Source: an uncultured Gemmatimonadota bacterium (GTDB lineage Bacteria; Blakebacterota; Blakebacteria; Blakebacterales; Blakebacteraceae). Taken from it: a stretch of 20,000 nucleotides of DNA. The first letter of the stretch is position 1, and every line of letters starts with the position of its first letter. The position numbers and the translations under genes are program-made. The DNA is taken from assembly GCA_964576115.1 (NCBI GenBank), contig CAZNUA010000017.1, forward strand, positions 49,276 through 69,275, written 5' to 3'. Below, one piece after another: positions 1 to 10,919 of the stretch. Below the pieces are notes generated by a model. It was not told the origin of the DNA. It searched no databases and saw only the letters and a program-made list of their open reading frames with translations.

Positions 1-111
1 CGGTTCGGTCACGATGACACCGTTGACGCTCACGGTCCCGGCGGTTATCAGGTCGTCGCAGGCGCGCCGGGAGGCCGTTCCGGCCGCAGCGAGGAAACGG
101 TTAAGCCTCAC
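1..111 (-). CDS. rluB: Pseudouridine synthase, RluB/RsuA family (N-terminal S4 domain; continues beyond the window edge)
   Basis: Not in the ORF track. Hand translation from GTG at 111 gives MRLNRFLAAAGTASRRACDDLITAGTVSVNGVIVTEP, the typical S4 start of RluB. GGAGGAG lies upstream, it overlaps the scpB stop by 11 nt, and scpA-scpB-rluB is a common gene order. Confidence 0.88.
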   Translation of the reverse strand, partial: MRLNRFLAAAGTASRRACDDLITAGTVSVNGVIVTEP

Positions 112-883
112 GCTCCTCCTCCCCGCCTCCGGACTCCGGCGGCATCGCGCCGGTCATTACGTCGGCGGCGCCGGTCTCCGGTTCCTCTCCCTGCTCGAAC
201 ACCGTTTCCTGTATCCCGGCCGTTTCGGCGTCACCGGGGTCCTGTTCCCGGCCACGGTCGGTTTCTGATTCCGCCGGCCGGTCTGCCTCCTCGCCGGCCG
301 GTAGCTCCGTGAGCCGGGTTCCGATCAGAGCCGTCAGTTCCTCCTGGTCGGGCATGTCGCTCAGGCTGTTGAGCCCGAAGTACTTCAGGAAAGCGGCGGT
401 GGTCCGGTACAGCAGTGGGCGACCCGGCCCCTCGTCGCGGCCGCTGATGGTGACCAGGCCCCGCTCCAGGAGGGTCTTGAGCGCGCTGTCGGAGTTGACG
501 CCGCGGATGGCGTCGATATCGGGGCGGATGACCGGCTGGCGGTACGCCACGATAGCCAGGGTTTCCAGGGCGGCCCGGGAAAGACGCTGGCTGCGGTGGT
601 CTTCCTGCAGCCGGGCCACGAGTCCCGCCCATTCGGGACGGGTCGCCATCTGGTAGCCGCCCGCAATCCGCAGAGCGGTCAGGGGCCGCCCTTCGGCTTC
701 CCAGTCGGCGACCAGCTCGTCGAGGTAACGCTCCACGGCGCCGGGTGTCAGGGCCTGGTCCTGCTCCACCCACCCTCCTTGCTCCAGCAACCGGGCGATC
801 TGGTAGGCCGAAATCGGTTCGGTGACCGTGAAGAGGATCACCTCGACCGCATCGCGGAGTCCTTTGCTCTGGCCTTCGGTCAT
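101..883 (-). CDS. scpB: SMC-Scp complex subunit ScpB
   Basis: Motifs LSRAALETLAIVAYRQPV, IDAIRGVNS, GRPLLYRTT and FLKYFGLNSLSDMP; acidic C-terminal tail; ATGA overlap with scpA. Confidence 0.97.
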   Translation of the reverse strand: MTEGQSKGLRDAVEVILFTVTEPISAYQIARLLEQGGWVEQDQALTPGAVERYLDELVADWEAEGRPLTALRIAGGYQMATRPEWAGLVARLQEDHRSQRLSRAALETLAIVAYRQPVIRPDIDAIRGVNSDSALKTLLERGLVTISGRDEGPGRPLLYRTTAAFLKYFGLNSLSDMPDQEELTALIGTRLTELPAGEEADRPAESETDRGREQDPGDAETAGIQETVFEQGEEPETGAADVMTGAMPPESGGGEEEREA

Positions 884-1617
884 GCGCCGGTACCTCCGGG
901 CAGCGGGTTGACGGGGGTGCGCCGGTTCAGCCAGACCGCCCCGTACAGTTCGTCCTGTTCGATGCCGAGTTCACCCAGCCGGGCCAGTTCGAGAGTCGCC
1001 ACCAGGGTCACCACCATTGCCATCCGGTTGTCTAGGGTGACCAGAACTTCGGTCAGGTGCAGCCGTTCGTTCTCGGCCAGCAGCTCGCGCAGGAAGGCGA
1101 TCTGGTCGCTCACCTTGACCGGCACTCCGCTGACCCGGTAGCGGTCCTCTGCTTCGACCCGCGCCAGGGCGTCCTGGTAGGCCTGGAGCAGGTCTATCAG
1201 GGCCACGTCGAGGACGATCTCTTCCGAAGGCGGCATGTCGATCGGTCCCGGACCGCTCTCTCTCAGGTAATAGTGGGTATAGGTCGCCTCCCGCTCGGCC
1301 AGGCGCTCGGCGGCCTGCCGGAACATCTGGTATTCCTCGAGCTGCCGCACCAGTTCGAGGCGCGGGTCCTCTTCGTCCTCCAGCTCGGGGCCGGGCAGGA
1401 GCAGGCGGGCCTTGATCTGCATCAGGGTTGCGGCCATGACCAGGAAGTCACCGGCCACTTCGAGATCGAGCAGCTGCATCACCTCGACATACTCGAGGTA
1501 CTGCTGGGTGATGTCGGCGATCGGGATGTCGGTGATTTCCACCTCGTTCTTGCGGATGAGGTAGAGCAGCAGATCGAGCGGGCCCTCGAACGCCTCTATG
1601 CGGACGGCGTAGGCCAT
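880..1617 (-). CDS. scpA: Segregation and condensation protein ScpA (kleisin)
   Basis: FEGPLDLLLYLI, DIPIADITQQYL, FLVMAATLMQIKARLLLP and C-terminal LATLEL motifs. Confidence 0.97.
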   Translation of the reverse strand: MAYAVRIEAFEGPLDLLLYLIRKNEVEITDIPIADITQQYLEYVEVMQLLDLEVAGDFLVMAATLMQIKARLLLPGPELEDEEDPRLELVRQLEEYQMFRQAAERLAEREATYTHYYLRESGPGPIDMPPSEEIVLDVALIDLLQAYQDALARVEAEDRYRVSGVPVKVSDQIAFLRELLAENERLHLTEVLVTLDNRMAMVVTLVATLELARLGELGIEQDELYGAVWLNRRTPVNPLPGGTGA

Positions 1618-1623
1618 GCCCGT

Positions 1624-2634
1624 TCAGACCTCGAGGCGGAAGAGTTTCATCGCGTCGCGCACCAGCTCCATGGTCTCGCGAGCGAAACTCCGGGCCCGTT
1701 GTGATCCTTCCCGGAGGATCTCGAGGATATGTTCGGTATCGGTCTCGATTCGGGCCCGCCGCTCGCGAAAATCGGCGAAGTGGTCGCCGATGGCCGCAGC
1801 TGCTTCGGCCTTGCACTGCACGCAGCCGCGGGTTCCCTCGCGGCATTCGGCCGCTATCCGTTCGCGTTCGGAGGCGCTGAAAGTCTCGTGCCAGGCGAAG
1901 ACATTGCAGATCTCGGGCCGGCCGGGATCGTCTTTGTGGATCTTCTGCGGGTCGGTGATGGCGGTACGGACCACCTCGTGCACTCGTGCGGGTTCGTCGC
2001 TCATCAGGATGACGTTGCCCAGGCTCTTCGACATCTTCTTCCCGTCGGGACCGGGGATCCGCGCCGAAGGGGTCAGCAGGGTTTCCGGCTCGGGAAAGAT
2101 CTCGGCATAGGTTGTATTGAACTTGCGGGCCAGTTCGCGGGTCAGCTCGATGTGCGGGATCTGGTCCTCGCCCACCGGCACGGCGTGGGCCCGGTACATC
2201 AGGATATCGGCGGCCTGCAGAACGGGATAGCCCAGGTGCCCGTAGGATACCTCGCCCCGCAGGTCGAGATCCTTGACCTTTTCTTTGAAGGTGGGGTTGC
2301 GCTCGAGCCGGCCGAGGGTGATGAGCATGCTCAGCAGCAGGTGCAGTTCGGCGTGCTCGGGCACGAGCGACTGCACGAAGATGGTGGCCCGGTCGGGTTC
2401 GAGCCCCGCCGCCAGCCAGTCGATGACCATCTCGACGGTATCGTCGGCGATCCGCTCGGTCTCGTTGTAGGTGATCGTCAGGCTGTGCCAGTCGACGATG
2501 CAGTGATACGATTCGTATTCGTGCTGGAGTTCGATCCAGTTCGAGAGGGCGCCGGCATAGTTGCCCAGGTGCATGCGGCCGGTGGGCTGCATGCCGCTCA
2601 GAATTCGCTTTTTCTCTTTCATGGACCTCAACAT
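1624..2634 (-). CDS. trpS: Tryptophanyl-tRNA synthetase
   Basis: SGMQPTG, HLGN (HIGH-like), YPVLQAADIL, VPVGEDQ and KMSKS. Start trimmed from 2925 to the ATG at 2634, which follows GGAGG; 2622 is an alternative. Confidence 0.97.
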   Translation of the reverse strand: MLRSMKEKKRILSGMQPTGRMHLGNYAGALSNWIELQHEYESYHCIVDWHSLTITYNETERIADDTVEMVIDWLAAGLEPDRATIFVQSLVPEHAELHLLLSMLITLGRLERNPTFKEKVKDLDLRGEVSYGHLGYPVLQAADILMYRAHAVPVGEDQIPHIELTRELARKFNTTYAEIFPEPETLLTPSARIPGPDGKKMSKSLGNVILMSDEPARVHEVVRTAITDPQKIHKDDPGRPEICNVFAWHETFSASERERIAAECREGTRGCVQCKAEAAAAIGDHFADFRERRARIETDTEHILEILREGSQRARSFARETMELVRDAMKLFRLEV

Positions 2635-2653
2635 AGGCCCCTCCCCCGACCTG

Positions 2654-4660
2654 TCAACGACGGGCCACATGCACGTACGCCCCCTGACGATCGGTCCGGC
2701 GCAGGGTGGCTCCGGCGACGGTGAGCCGGGCCAGGGTGGCCGGGTCGGGATGGCCGTGGCGGTTGCGCGCCCCCACCGAGATGACGGCCAGCTCGGGCGA
2801 GGCGGCCGCCAGCAGGGCCGGCGAGAGAGCATCGGCACTGCCGTGGTGGGGAACCTTGAGTACCTCGCACCGCAGATGCGCCCACATCGGGCGCAGACGT
2901 CCCTCTCCATCCTGCTCGAGGTCACCCGTCAGGAGAACCCGCTCGGTGCCCAGAAGGGCTCGCAGCACCAGGGAGCGGTCGTTGGCGCTCGACGGGACGG
3001 TCGAAGGATCGGCCCCGGCCAGCACGTCGAGCGTCACCCGGCGTCCCAGCCGCAGGCGATCGCCGCTGGCGACGGGGATATCCGGCACACCGGCGTCGAG
3101 CAGGGCCAGGCGCAGCCATTCGGCGCTCGGAGGCGCGGGATCGGCCCACTCGCCGCGCACCAGGGCTCCGATCGGGAAACGTCGAGCCAGAGCCGGCATG
3201 CCGCCGATGTGATCGGCGTCGGTATGGGTCGCGATCAGCAGGTCGATCCGTTCGATGCCCCGGCTCCGCAGGTAGGGTGCGACGACGGCTTGCCCGGCAT
3301 CCCAGCCCGGATAGCGGGGGCCGGCGTCGATGACCGCCACCCGGCGGGGCCGGACGCTCTCGATGACGATGGCATCCCCCTGCCCGACGTCAAGAAAGGC
3401 GATCCGCGGGGCGCTGCGGGCAGAGAGTGGACTCCAGACGACAGCCAGGGCCGCCAGCAGGGCCATCAGGTCGGCCCGGCCTCCGCGGCGCCAGCAGGGG
3501 ACGATCAGCAGGGCCGGCAGGGCCGCCCAGACCGGGAGCGGCAGCTGGGCGGCCGGAAGCGAGTTCCAGAGCGCAATCCACCAGAACATGAGCCGGCCCA
3601 GGCCTTCGCACAGCGCTCCTGCGAGCATCGCTGCAGGCAGACCGAGCGCGGTTGCCAACACGGCGGCCAGCGCGGTCGGAAGCCAGATGCCGAGCAGGGG
3701 GACGGCCACGACGTTGACCAGGGGCGCGAAAGGCGAGAAGGTCCCGAAAACGAGAATCTGCAGCGGCAGGACGGCGCTCTGGGCGGCCAGGGTGAGCAGG
3801 AGCAGGTTGCATCCCGCCTGCAGCGGGGAACGCCGGGTGGATTGTCCGGAGGGGCGTGGACCGAGGATGGCGACGATGCCGGCTACGGCCGCGACCGACA
3901 GCTGGAATCCGACCGAGGCCAGCAGGCGGGGATTGACGAGGAGAATCGCCAGCGCGGCCACTGGTAAAATACGCTCCGGTTCGGTCCGTACCCGGGCCAG
4001 CATCACCGCCACTGCGAGGGTGGCCATGCACCCGGCCCGCACCGCCGAAGGAGGACAACCGATCAGGACGATATAGACCCAGAGCAGAGGCAGACTCAGG
4101 CTCAGACTCAGAGAGCGGCGCCGGCACACCAGACGGGCGAGCAGGACGAGCGCGGCCAGGATGATGCCGACGTGCAGTCCGCTGATGGCCAGTATGTGCG
4201 CCGCGCCGGTTCCCCGGAAAGCCGCCGCCCACTCTGCATCGAGCGCACGGCGGCGGTTGAACAGAACCCCCTGAATCAGTCCCCAGACCGGTTCGGAAGC
4301 CCAGGCGGGACGCTGCCGGGCCAGAACCTCGAGCGGTTCGGTGTCTTCATCGTCCGCCGGTTCGAGGCGAGAGGCGGTCAGCAGGGGACGGTAGCCCGGA
4401 TTCGAGAGGCCGTGGTGGGCGGGGCGGGAATCGCCCCACGGGCCCCAGCTGATACGGATATCGGCCGCTCGGCCCGCGATCAGGGCGGATGCGAAGAGAG
4501 CGGCTACCAGCAGACGTCGGCCGTTGATGAAGCGAAAGCCGATCAGGGCCAGGGCGGTGAGGACCAGGAGTGCGGGGGCGACTGTTTCCGGCAGGTGTGG
4601 AGCGCAGAGCAGACCGGCGCTCCAGGCTCCGGCCAGAGTCCAGAGCTGGCGGACAGACAC
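2654..4660 (-). CDS. comEC: DNA uptake channel ComEC/Rec2 with C-terminal metallo-beta-lactamase domain
   Basis: HILAISGLHVG, PSAVRA and GFQLS (competence domain); FLDVGQGDA, THTDADHIGG, LLTGD, KVPHHGS and HGHP (MBL domain); many hydrophobic segments. Confidence 0.95.
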   Translation of the reverse strand: MSVRQLWTLAGAWSAGLLCAPHLPETVAPALLVLTALALIGFRFINGRRLLVAALFASALIAGRAADIRISWGPWGDSRPAHHGLSNPGYRPLLTASRLEPADDEDTEPLEVLARQRPAWASEPVWGLIQGVLFNRRRALDAEWAAAFRGTGAAHILAISGLHVGIILAALVLLARLVCRRRSLSLSLSLPLLWVYIVLIGCPPSAVRAGCMATLAVAVMLARVRTEPERILPVAALAILLVNPRLLASVGFQLSVAAVAGIVAILGPRPSGQSTRRSPLQAGCNLLLLTLAAQSAVLPLQILVFGTFSPFAPLVNVVAVPLLGIWLPTALAAVLATALGLPAAMLAGALCEGLGRLMFWWIALWNSLPAAQLPLPVWAALPALLIVPCWRRGGRADLMALLAALAVVWSPLSARSAPRIAFLDVGQGDAIVIESVRPRRVAVIDAGPRYPGWDAGQAVVAPYLRSRGIERIDLLIATHTDADHIGGMPALARRFPIGALVRGEWADPAPPSAEWLRLALLDAGVPDIPVASGDRLRLGRRVTLDVLAGADPSTVPSSANDRSLVLRALLGTERVLLTGDLEQDGEGRLRPMWAHLRCEVLKVPHHGSADALSPALLAAASPELAVISVGARNRHGHPDPATLARLTVAGATLRRTDRQGAYVHVARR

Positions 4661-4694
4661 AACGGCGTGCCTTCCCGGGGAGCGATGGTTGAAC

Positions 4695-4730
4695 CGGGGG
4701 GCCGGCCCCCCGCACGAAGCGGGAGGCCGG
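4695..4730 (-). other. GC-rich stem-loop downstream of the Met lyase gene (no U-tract)
   Basis: Minus-strand CCGGCCTCCCGC-ttcgt-GCGGGGGGCCGG (4702-4730), a 12-bp stem with one G-U pair. It overlaps an alternative palindrome at 4695-4712. Confidence 0.5.
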
Positions 4731-4742
4731 GGGGCTGGTGCG

Positions 4743-5945
4743 TCAGATGCTCGCCAGAGCCTGGTCGAGATCGGCGATGATGTCTTCGACGCGTTCGATC
4801 CCGACCGAGATCCTGATCAGGTTCTCGGTGATGTGGAACTGGGCCAGTTCGTCGACCGAGTAGGTCGAGTGGGTCATACTGGCGGGATGCTGGATGAGGG
4901 TGTCACAATCCCCCAGACTGACGGCCAGGGTGCAGAGCTTCAGCTGGTTCAGGAAGGCGGAACCGGCTTCTCTTCCACCCTTAATGTAAAACGTTACCAT
5001 TCCGCCGTAACCGCTCATTTGACGGGATGCTATCTCGTGCTGAGGGTGGCTCTCCAGGCCGGGATAGGCGACCTTCTCGATCTGTGGATGGGCCTCGAGG
5101 TATTCGGCTATCCGCAGGGCGTTGGTTTCGTGCCGCTCCATGCGGACCGGCAGGGTTTTCAGTCCTCTGATCAGCAGCCAGGCATCGAAGGGGCTGATAC
5201 ATCCGCCCAGATCGCGCAGCGATTCGGAACGCAGGATACCGACGTGTTCGGTACTTCCGACCACGATCCCGGCAACCACGTCACCGTGCCCGGAGGTGTA
5301 CTTGGTGCAGCTGTGCATGACCATGTCGGCGCCCAGTTCCAGGGGCAGCTGGAAGTAGGGCGTGGCGAAGGTGTTGTCGACCACCAGGAGGACGCCCTTC
5401 TCTTTCGCGATCTCTGCCACGGCGGCGATATCAACCACCTTGAGAGTCGGATTGGCCGGGGTTTCGATCCAGATCAGGCGGGTTTTCGCGTCGATCGCGT
5501 CGCGCACCTGGTCCAGATCGAGGGCGTCGACCATGTGAGCCGTGATGTCCACCTTGGGCAGGATGTGCGCAGCCAGGGAGTGGGTGCCGCCATAGACCGG
5601 CTGGCAGAGGACGATGTTGTCGCCGGACCGGCAGAAGCCCATGACCACCGCGGTGGTCGCGGCCATGCCGCTCGAAAAGGCGACTCCGGCTTCGGCCCCC
5701 TCGAGCAGGGCCATGGTCTGCTCCAGGGCTTTCGTGGTGGGGTTGCCGATACGGGAGTAGATATACCCGGTTTCTTCTCCGGCGAAGATGGCGGCGCCGG
5801 CTTCGGCGCTTCGGAAAGCGAAGGTGCTGGTCTGGTAGATCGGTTTGGTGACGGCTCCGGTCACCGGATCGGTGCCACCCGAGCCGTGAATCGCCCTGGT
5901 CTCGATACCCCAGTTGCGCATGTCACCTTCACTCATCTCGGACAT
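4743..5945 (-). CDS. PLP-dependent trans-sulfuration enzyme, most like methionine gamma-lyase
   Basis: PIYQTSTF, YIYSRIGNPT, SSGMAA, ETPANP, DNTFATP, HSCTKYTSGHGD (PLP lysine), AVSLG and HPASMTHS. Start set at ATG 5945 after GGGAGAG, giving 400 aa. Confidence 0.85.
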   Translation of the reverse strand: MSEMSEGDMRNWGIETRAIHGSGGTDPVTGAVTKPIYQTSTFAFRSAEAGAAIFAGEETGYIYSRIGNPTTKALEQTMALLEGAEAGVAFSSGMAATTAVVMGFCRSGDNIVLCQPVYGGTHSLAAHILPKVDITAHMVDALDLDQVRDAIDAKTRLIWIETPANPTLKVVDIAAVAEIAKEKGVLLVVDNTFATPYFQLPLELGADMVMHSCTKYTSGHGDVVAGIVVGSTEHVGILRSESLRDLGGCISPFDAWLLIRGLKTLPVRMERHETNALRIAEYLEAHPQIEKVAYPGLESHPQHEIASRQMSGYGGMVTFYIKGGREAGSAFLNQLKLCTLAVSLGDCDTLIQHPASMTHSTYSVDELAQFHITENLIRISVGIERVEDIIADLDQALASI

Positions 5946-6380
5946 CGTTTCTCTCCCGGTTGGTGTCCTCTTCAGCGATGAACTCACTCAGAATCCCGCC
6001 GCTGCTTTTGGGGTGCACGAAAGCGACTGGACGTCCCTCTACCCCGATATCGTCTCCGGAGCCGAGCAGTTCGAAACCCTCGGTTTCCAGACGCTTCAAG
6101 GTACCTTTCAGGTCGGCGGCGGCATAGCAGATATGGTGCAGTCCCGGTCCGCGCCTGGCCACGAACCTGGCCACGGGTGAATCGGGATCGGTGGCTTCGA
6201 GCAATTCGATTTTACTCTGCCCGACCTCGAACATCGCCACCCGCACGCGCTGGGCCTCGCTCTCGGCCGTCGAGACAGGACCGCGTCCCAGCAGGCGGGT
6301 AAAGAGAGCGGTCGCCTCCTCCAGGTCGGCCACGGCGACGGCCACGTGATCGATGCGGGCGGCAGAGGCAGGGTCGGTCA

Positions 6381-6381
<1 letters not shown>
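5929..6381 (-). CDS. mce: Methylmalonyl-CoA epimerase
   Basis: VOC fold metal ligands in IDHVAVAV, QRVRVAMF, IELLE, GLHHI and FVHPK..GGILSEF. ATG at 6381 overlaps the mutase stop (TGATG). Confidence 0.93.
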
Positions 6382-7993
<1,612 letters not shown>

Positions 7994-7994
<1 letters not shown>

Positions 7995-8794
7995 TACCTG
8001 CCCTTCCAGTCGGCGGCGCGCTTCTCCAGGAAAGCCTGGATTCCCTCGGCCTTGTCATCGGTGGCCATGATAGCCCCGAATTCCCGGGCCTCGGTGCGGT
8101 AGCCCTCGTCGTGATCGCCGTAGGCGGCATCCATGGCCCGCTTGATGGCCGATATCGCCACCGGCGACTTGCCGGCGATGGCCCGGGCCAGGTCGAGGCT
8201 TTCCTTCAGGGCGCTGCCTTCTGGTGCGATCCGTTCGACCAGGCCCAGTTCGGCGGCCTTGGCGGCGCTGAGCATATCGCCTGTCATCATCAGTTCGGCG
8301 GCCTTGCCGTAACCGACCAGACGGGTGAACCGCTGGGTGCCGCCGTAGCCGGGCAGCAGGCCGAGGTTGACCTCGGGCTGTCCGAAACGGGCGTTCTCGG
8401 CCGCCACGCGGATGTCGCAGGCCATGGCCAGCTCGCAGCCCCCTCCGAGTGCGAAACCGTTGACGGCCGCGATGGTGGGTTTGGGCAGCTGTTCGAGCTT
8501 GCGGAACAGAGCCTGCCCGCGACGGGAAAAATCCTCTCCGCCGGCGACATCGAGGGGCTGGATCTCGGTGATGTCGGCTCCGGCCACGAAGGCCTTCTCC
8601 CCCGCCCCGGTCAGGACGATGACCCTGATCTCGTCATCGGCCGCCAGGTCGTCGAGAGCCGCTTCCAGTTCGTCGAGGGTGGCGATGCTCAGGGCGTTCA
8701 GGACCTTGGGGCGGTCGATGGTCACGATGGCCACATGACCGTCGCGCTCGACCCCGACCGCGGCCCCGCCGCCCGACTCTGTTGTCTGGCTCAT
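7994..8794 (-). CDS. Enoyl-CoA hydratase (crotonase)
   Basis: [23 protein letters not shown] and FGQPEVNLG carry both catalytic Glu residues. Start set at ATG 8794 after GGAGGAG. Confidence 0.93.
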
Positions 8795-8861
8795 TATCTG
8801 ACTCCTCCAGTCCCTCCGGGGACCGATCACGACAGGCCCCGGGTCATGAATGCTGCCTCTC

Positions 8862-10007
8862 TCAGTCGGCCAGCATGGCGCGCGAAATCACGATCCGCTG
8901 GGCTTCGCTCGTGCCCTCGTAAATTTCGCAGATCTTGGCGTCGCGCATCAGACGCGACACCGTATACTCGGCGGTGTAGCCGTAGCCGCCGTGGATCTGC
9001 ACCGCCTCGAGCGCCGCCCGCATGGCGGCTTCGCTGGCCAGCAGCTTGGCCATGCTCGATTCTTTGGTGTGCCGCCGACCCTGATCACGTATCCATGCCG
9101 CCCGCCAGGTCAGCAGGCGGGCTGCCTCGAGTTCGGTGGCCATGTCGGCGATCTTCCACTGGATGGCCTGGAAAGCCGCCAGCGGACGACCGAACTGCTC
9201 GCGCTCCCTGGCATAGGCGATGCTCTCGTCCAGGCAGGCCTGACCGATCCCCAGGGCCTGGGCGGCGATGCCGAGCCGGCCCACGTCGAGGGTGGCCATG
9301 GCGATGCGGAAGCCCTTGTTCTCCTCTCCGAGCATGTTGGCCGCCGGCACCCGGCAGTCCTCGAAACTCAGGGGAACGCAGTCGGAGCAGCGGATCCCGA
9401 CCTTGTCCTCGTGTTTGCCGACCTCCAAACCGGGGGTCCCCTTCTCGATCAGGAAGGCGCTGATTCCCTTCCCGCTCGGGGCCTCCGGGTCGGTCTTGGC
9501 ATACGTCAGGACCACGTCGCACGAATCGCCGTTAGTGGTGAAGGCCTTGGCGCCGTTGATGACCCATTCGTCGCCGTCGCGGACAGCGGTGGTCTTGATC
9601 GAGCCGGCGTCGGTTCCCGCTCCCGGTTCGGTCAGAGCGTAGGAGCCCAGGATCTCCCCCGGTGCCAGACGTTTCAGAAAACGCTCCTTCTGGTCGTCAT
9701 TGCCGTAGTGGTAGATCGGCTCGCAACACAGGCTGTTGTTCACGCTCATGATCACGCCCACCCCGGCGTCGGCCCGGCAGATTTCCTCCAGTGCTAACGC
9801 ATAGGCGACGTGCCCCGCTCCGGTACCGCCGTATTCCTCGGGCACGGCGATGCCCATGAAACCCAGCTCGCCGAGCTGTTTGACGATGTCGGTCGGGAAC
9901 TCGGCCTTCTCATCCCGTTCGGCTGCACCGGGCTTTATCTCGCTCTCGGCGAAATCGCGGGCCGCCTGCCGGATGAATTCCTGCTCCTCGGTGAGTTTGA
10001 AATCCAC
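8862..10007 (-). CDS. Short-chain (butyryl-CoA-type) acyl-CoA dehydrogenase
   Basis: ALTEPGAGTD, INGAKAFTTN, REQFGRPL, QIHGGYGY and IYEGTSE (catalytic Glu). GTG start after AGGAG. Confidence 0.95.
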   Translation of the reverse strand: MDFKLTEEQEFIRQAARDFAESEIKPGAAERDEKAEFPTDIVKQLGELGFMGIAVPEEYGGTGAGHVAYALALEEICRADAGVGVIMSVNNSLCCEPIYHYGNDDQKERFLKRLAPGEILGSYALTEPGAGTDAGSIKTTAVRDGDEWVINGAKAFTTNGDSCDVVLTYAKTDPEAPSGKGISAFLIEKGTPGLEVGKHEDKVGIRCSDCVPLSFEDCRVPAANMLGEENKGFRIAMATLDVGRLGIAAQALGIGQACLDESIAYAREREQFGRPLAAFQAIQWKIADMATELEAARLLTWRAAWIRDQGRRHTKESSMAKLLASEAAMRAALEAVQIHGGYGYTAEYTVSRLMRDAKICEIYEGTSEAQRIVISRAMLAD

Positions 10008-10046
10008 GCTGCTTCTCCTGTCATGAGGTGCCGGTATCCGGGCGCA

Positions 10047-10910
10047 TCACTCGCTGTAGTCGTAAAAACCCCGACCGCTCTTGCGTCCCAGATGCCCCGC
10101 CGCCACCATCCGGCGCAGCAGCGGGCAGGGCCGGTACTTCGAATCGCCCAGGCCGCTGTGCAGGACCTCCATGATGTCGAGGCAGACATCGAGACCAATG
10201 AAATCGGCCAGGGTCAGGGGACCCATCGGGTGGGCCATGCCCAGCTTCATGACGGTATCGATCGCCTCGACCTCGGCCACCCCCTCCATCAGGGCGTAGA
10301 CGGCCTCGTTGATCATCGGCATCAGCACCCGGTTGGACACGAAGCCGGGGTAGTCGTGCACTTCGACCGGGGTTTTGCCCAGGGCGGTGGCTTCGGCCAT
10401 CACCGCCGCGGTGGTCTCATCGGAGGTGGCGTGGCCGCGGATGACCTCGACCAGCTTCATCATCGGTACGGGATTGAAGAAATGCATACCGATGAATCTC
10501 TCGGGCCGTGAGGTCAGAGCTCCCAGGTGCGTGATCGAAATCGAGGAGGTGTTCGAGGCCATGATGGCGTCTGATCCGGCCAGAGCATCGAGCCTGGTCC
10601 AGACCTCTTCCTTGGTCTCCTCCTTCTCCAGGACCGCTTCGACGATCAGGTCGGCCTCGGCGGCGGCGTCGAGTTCAAGGGTGAAATCGATACCGGCCAG
10701 AGCGGCGTCGGCCGCGGCCTGGTCGATGATCTCTTTCTTGACCTGCCGGCCCAGGTTCTTCTCGATCGTGCCGCGGGCGCGGTCGAGGTACTCCTGGGCG
10801 ATATCCACCAGTGCAACCTGGCGTCCGGCCAGAGCGGCCACGTGGGCGATACCGTTGCCCATGGTGCCGGCCCCGATGACTGTAATTTTCTCGATAGCCA
10901 CGGTATCCAA
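10047..10910 (-). CDS. hbd: 3-hydroxybutyryl-CoA dehydrogenase
   Basis: [11 protein letters not shown]ossmann motif, [33 protein letters not shown] and [12 protein letters not shown] start. Confidence 0.95.
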   Translation of the reverse strand: MDTVAIEKITVIGAGTMGNGIAHVAALAGRQVALVDIAQEYLDRARGTIEKNLGRQVKKEIIDQAAADAALAGIDFTLELDAAAEADLIVEAVLEKEETKEEVWTRLDALAGSDAIMASNTSSISITHLGALTSRPERFIGMHFFNPVPMMKLVEVIRGHATSDETTAAVMAEATALGKTPVEVHDYPGFVSNRVLMPMINEAVYALMEGVAEVEAIDTVMKLGMAHPMGPLTLADFIGLDVCLDIMEVLHSGLGDSKYRPCPLLRRMVAAGHLGRKSGRGFYDYSE

Positions 10911-10919
10911 CCTTTCCGA

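Noticed and set aside
4088..4116. Short 6-nt periodic repeat encoding SLSLSLSL in comEC
   Set aside because: Imperfect, in frame and within a hydrophobic segment; not a credible phase-variation tract.
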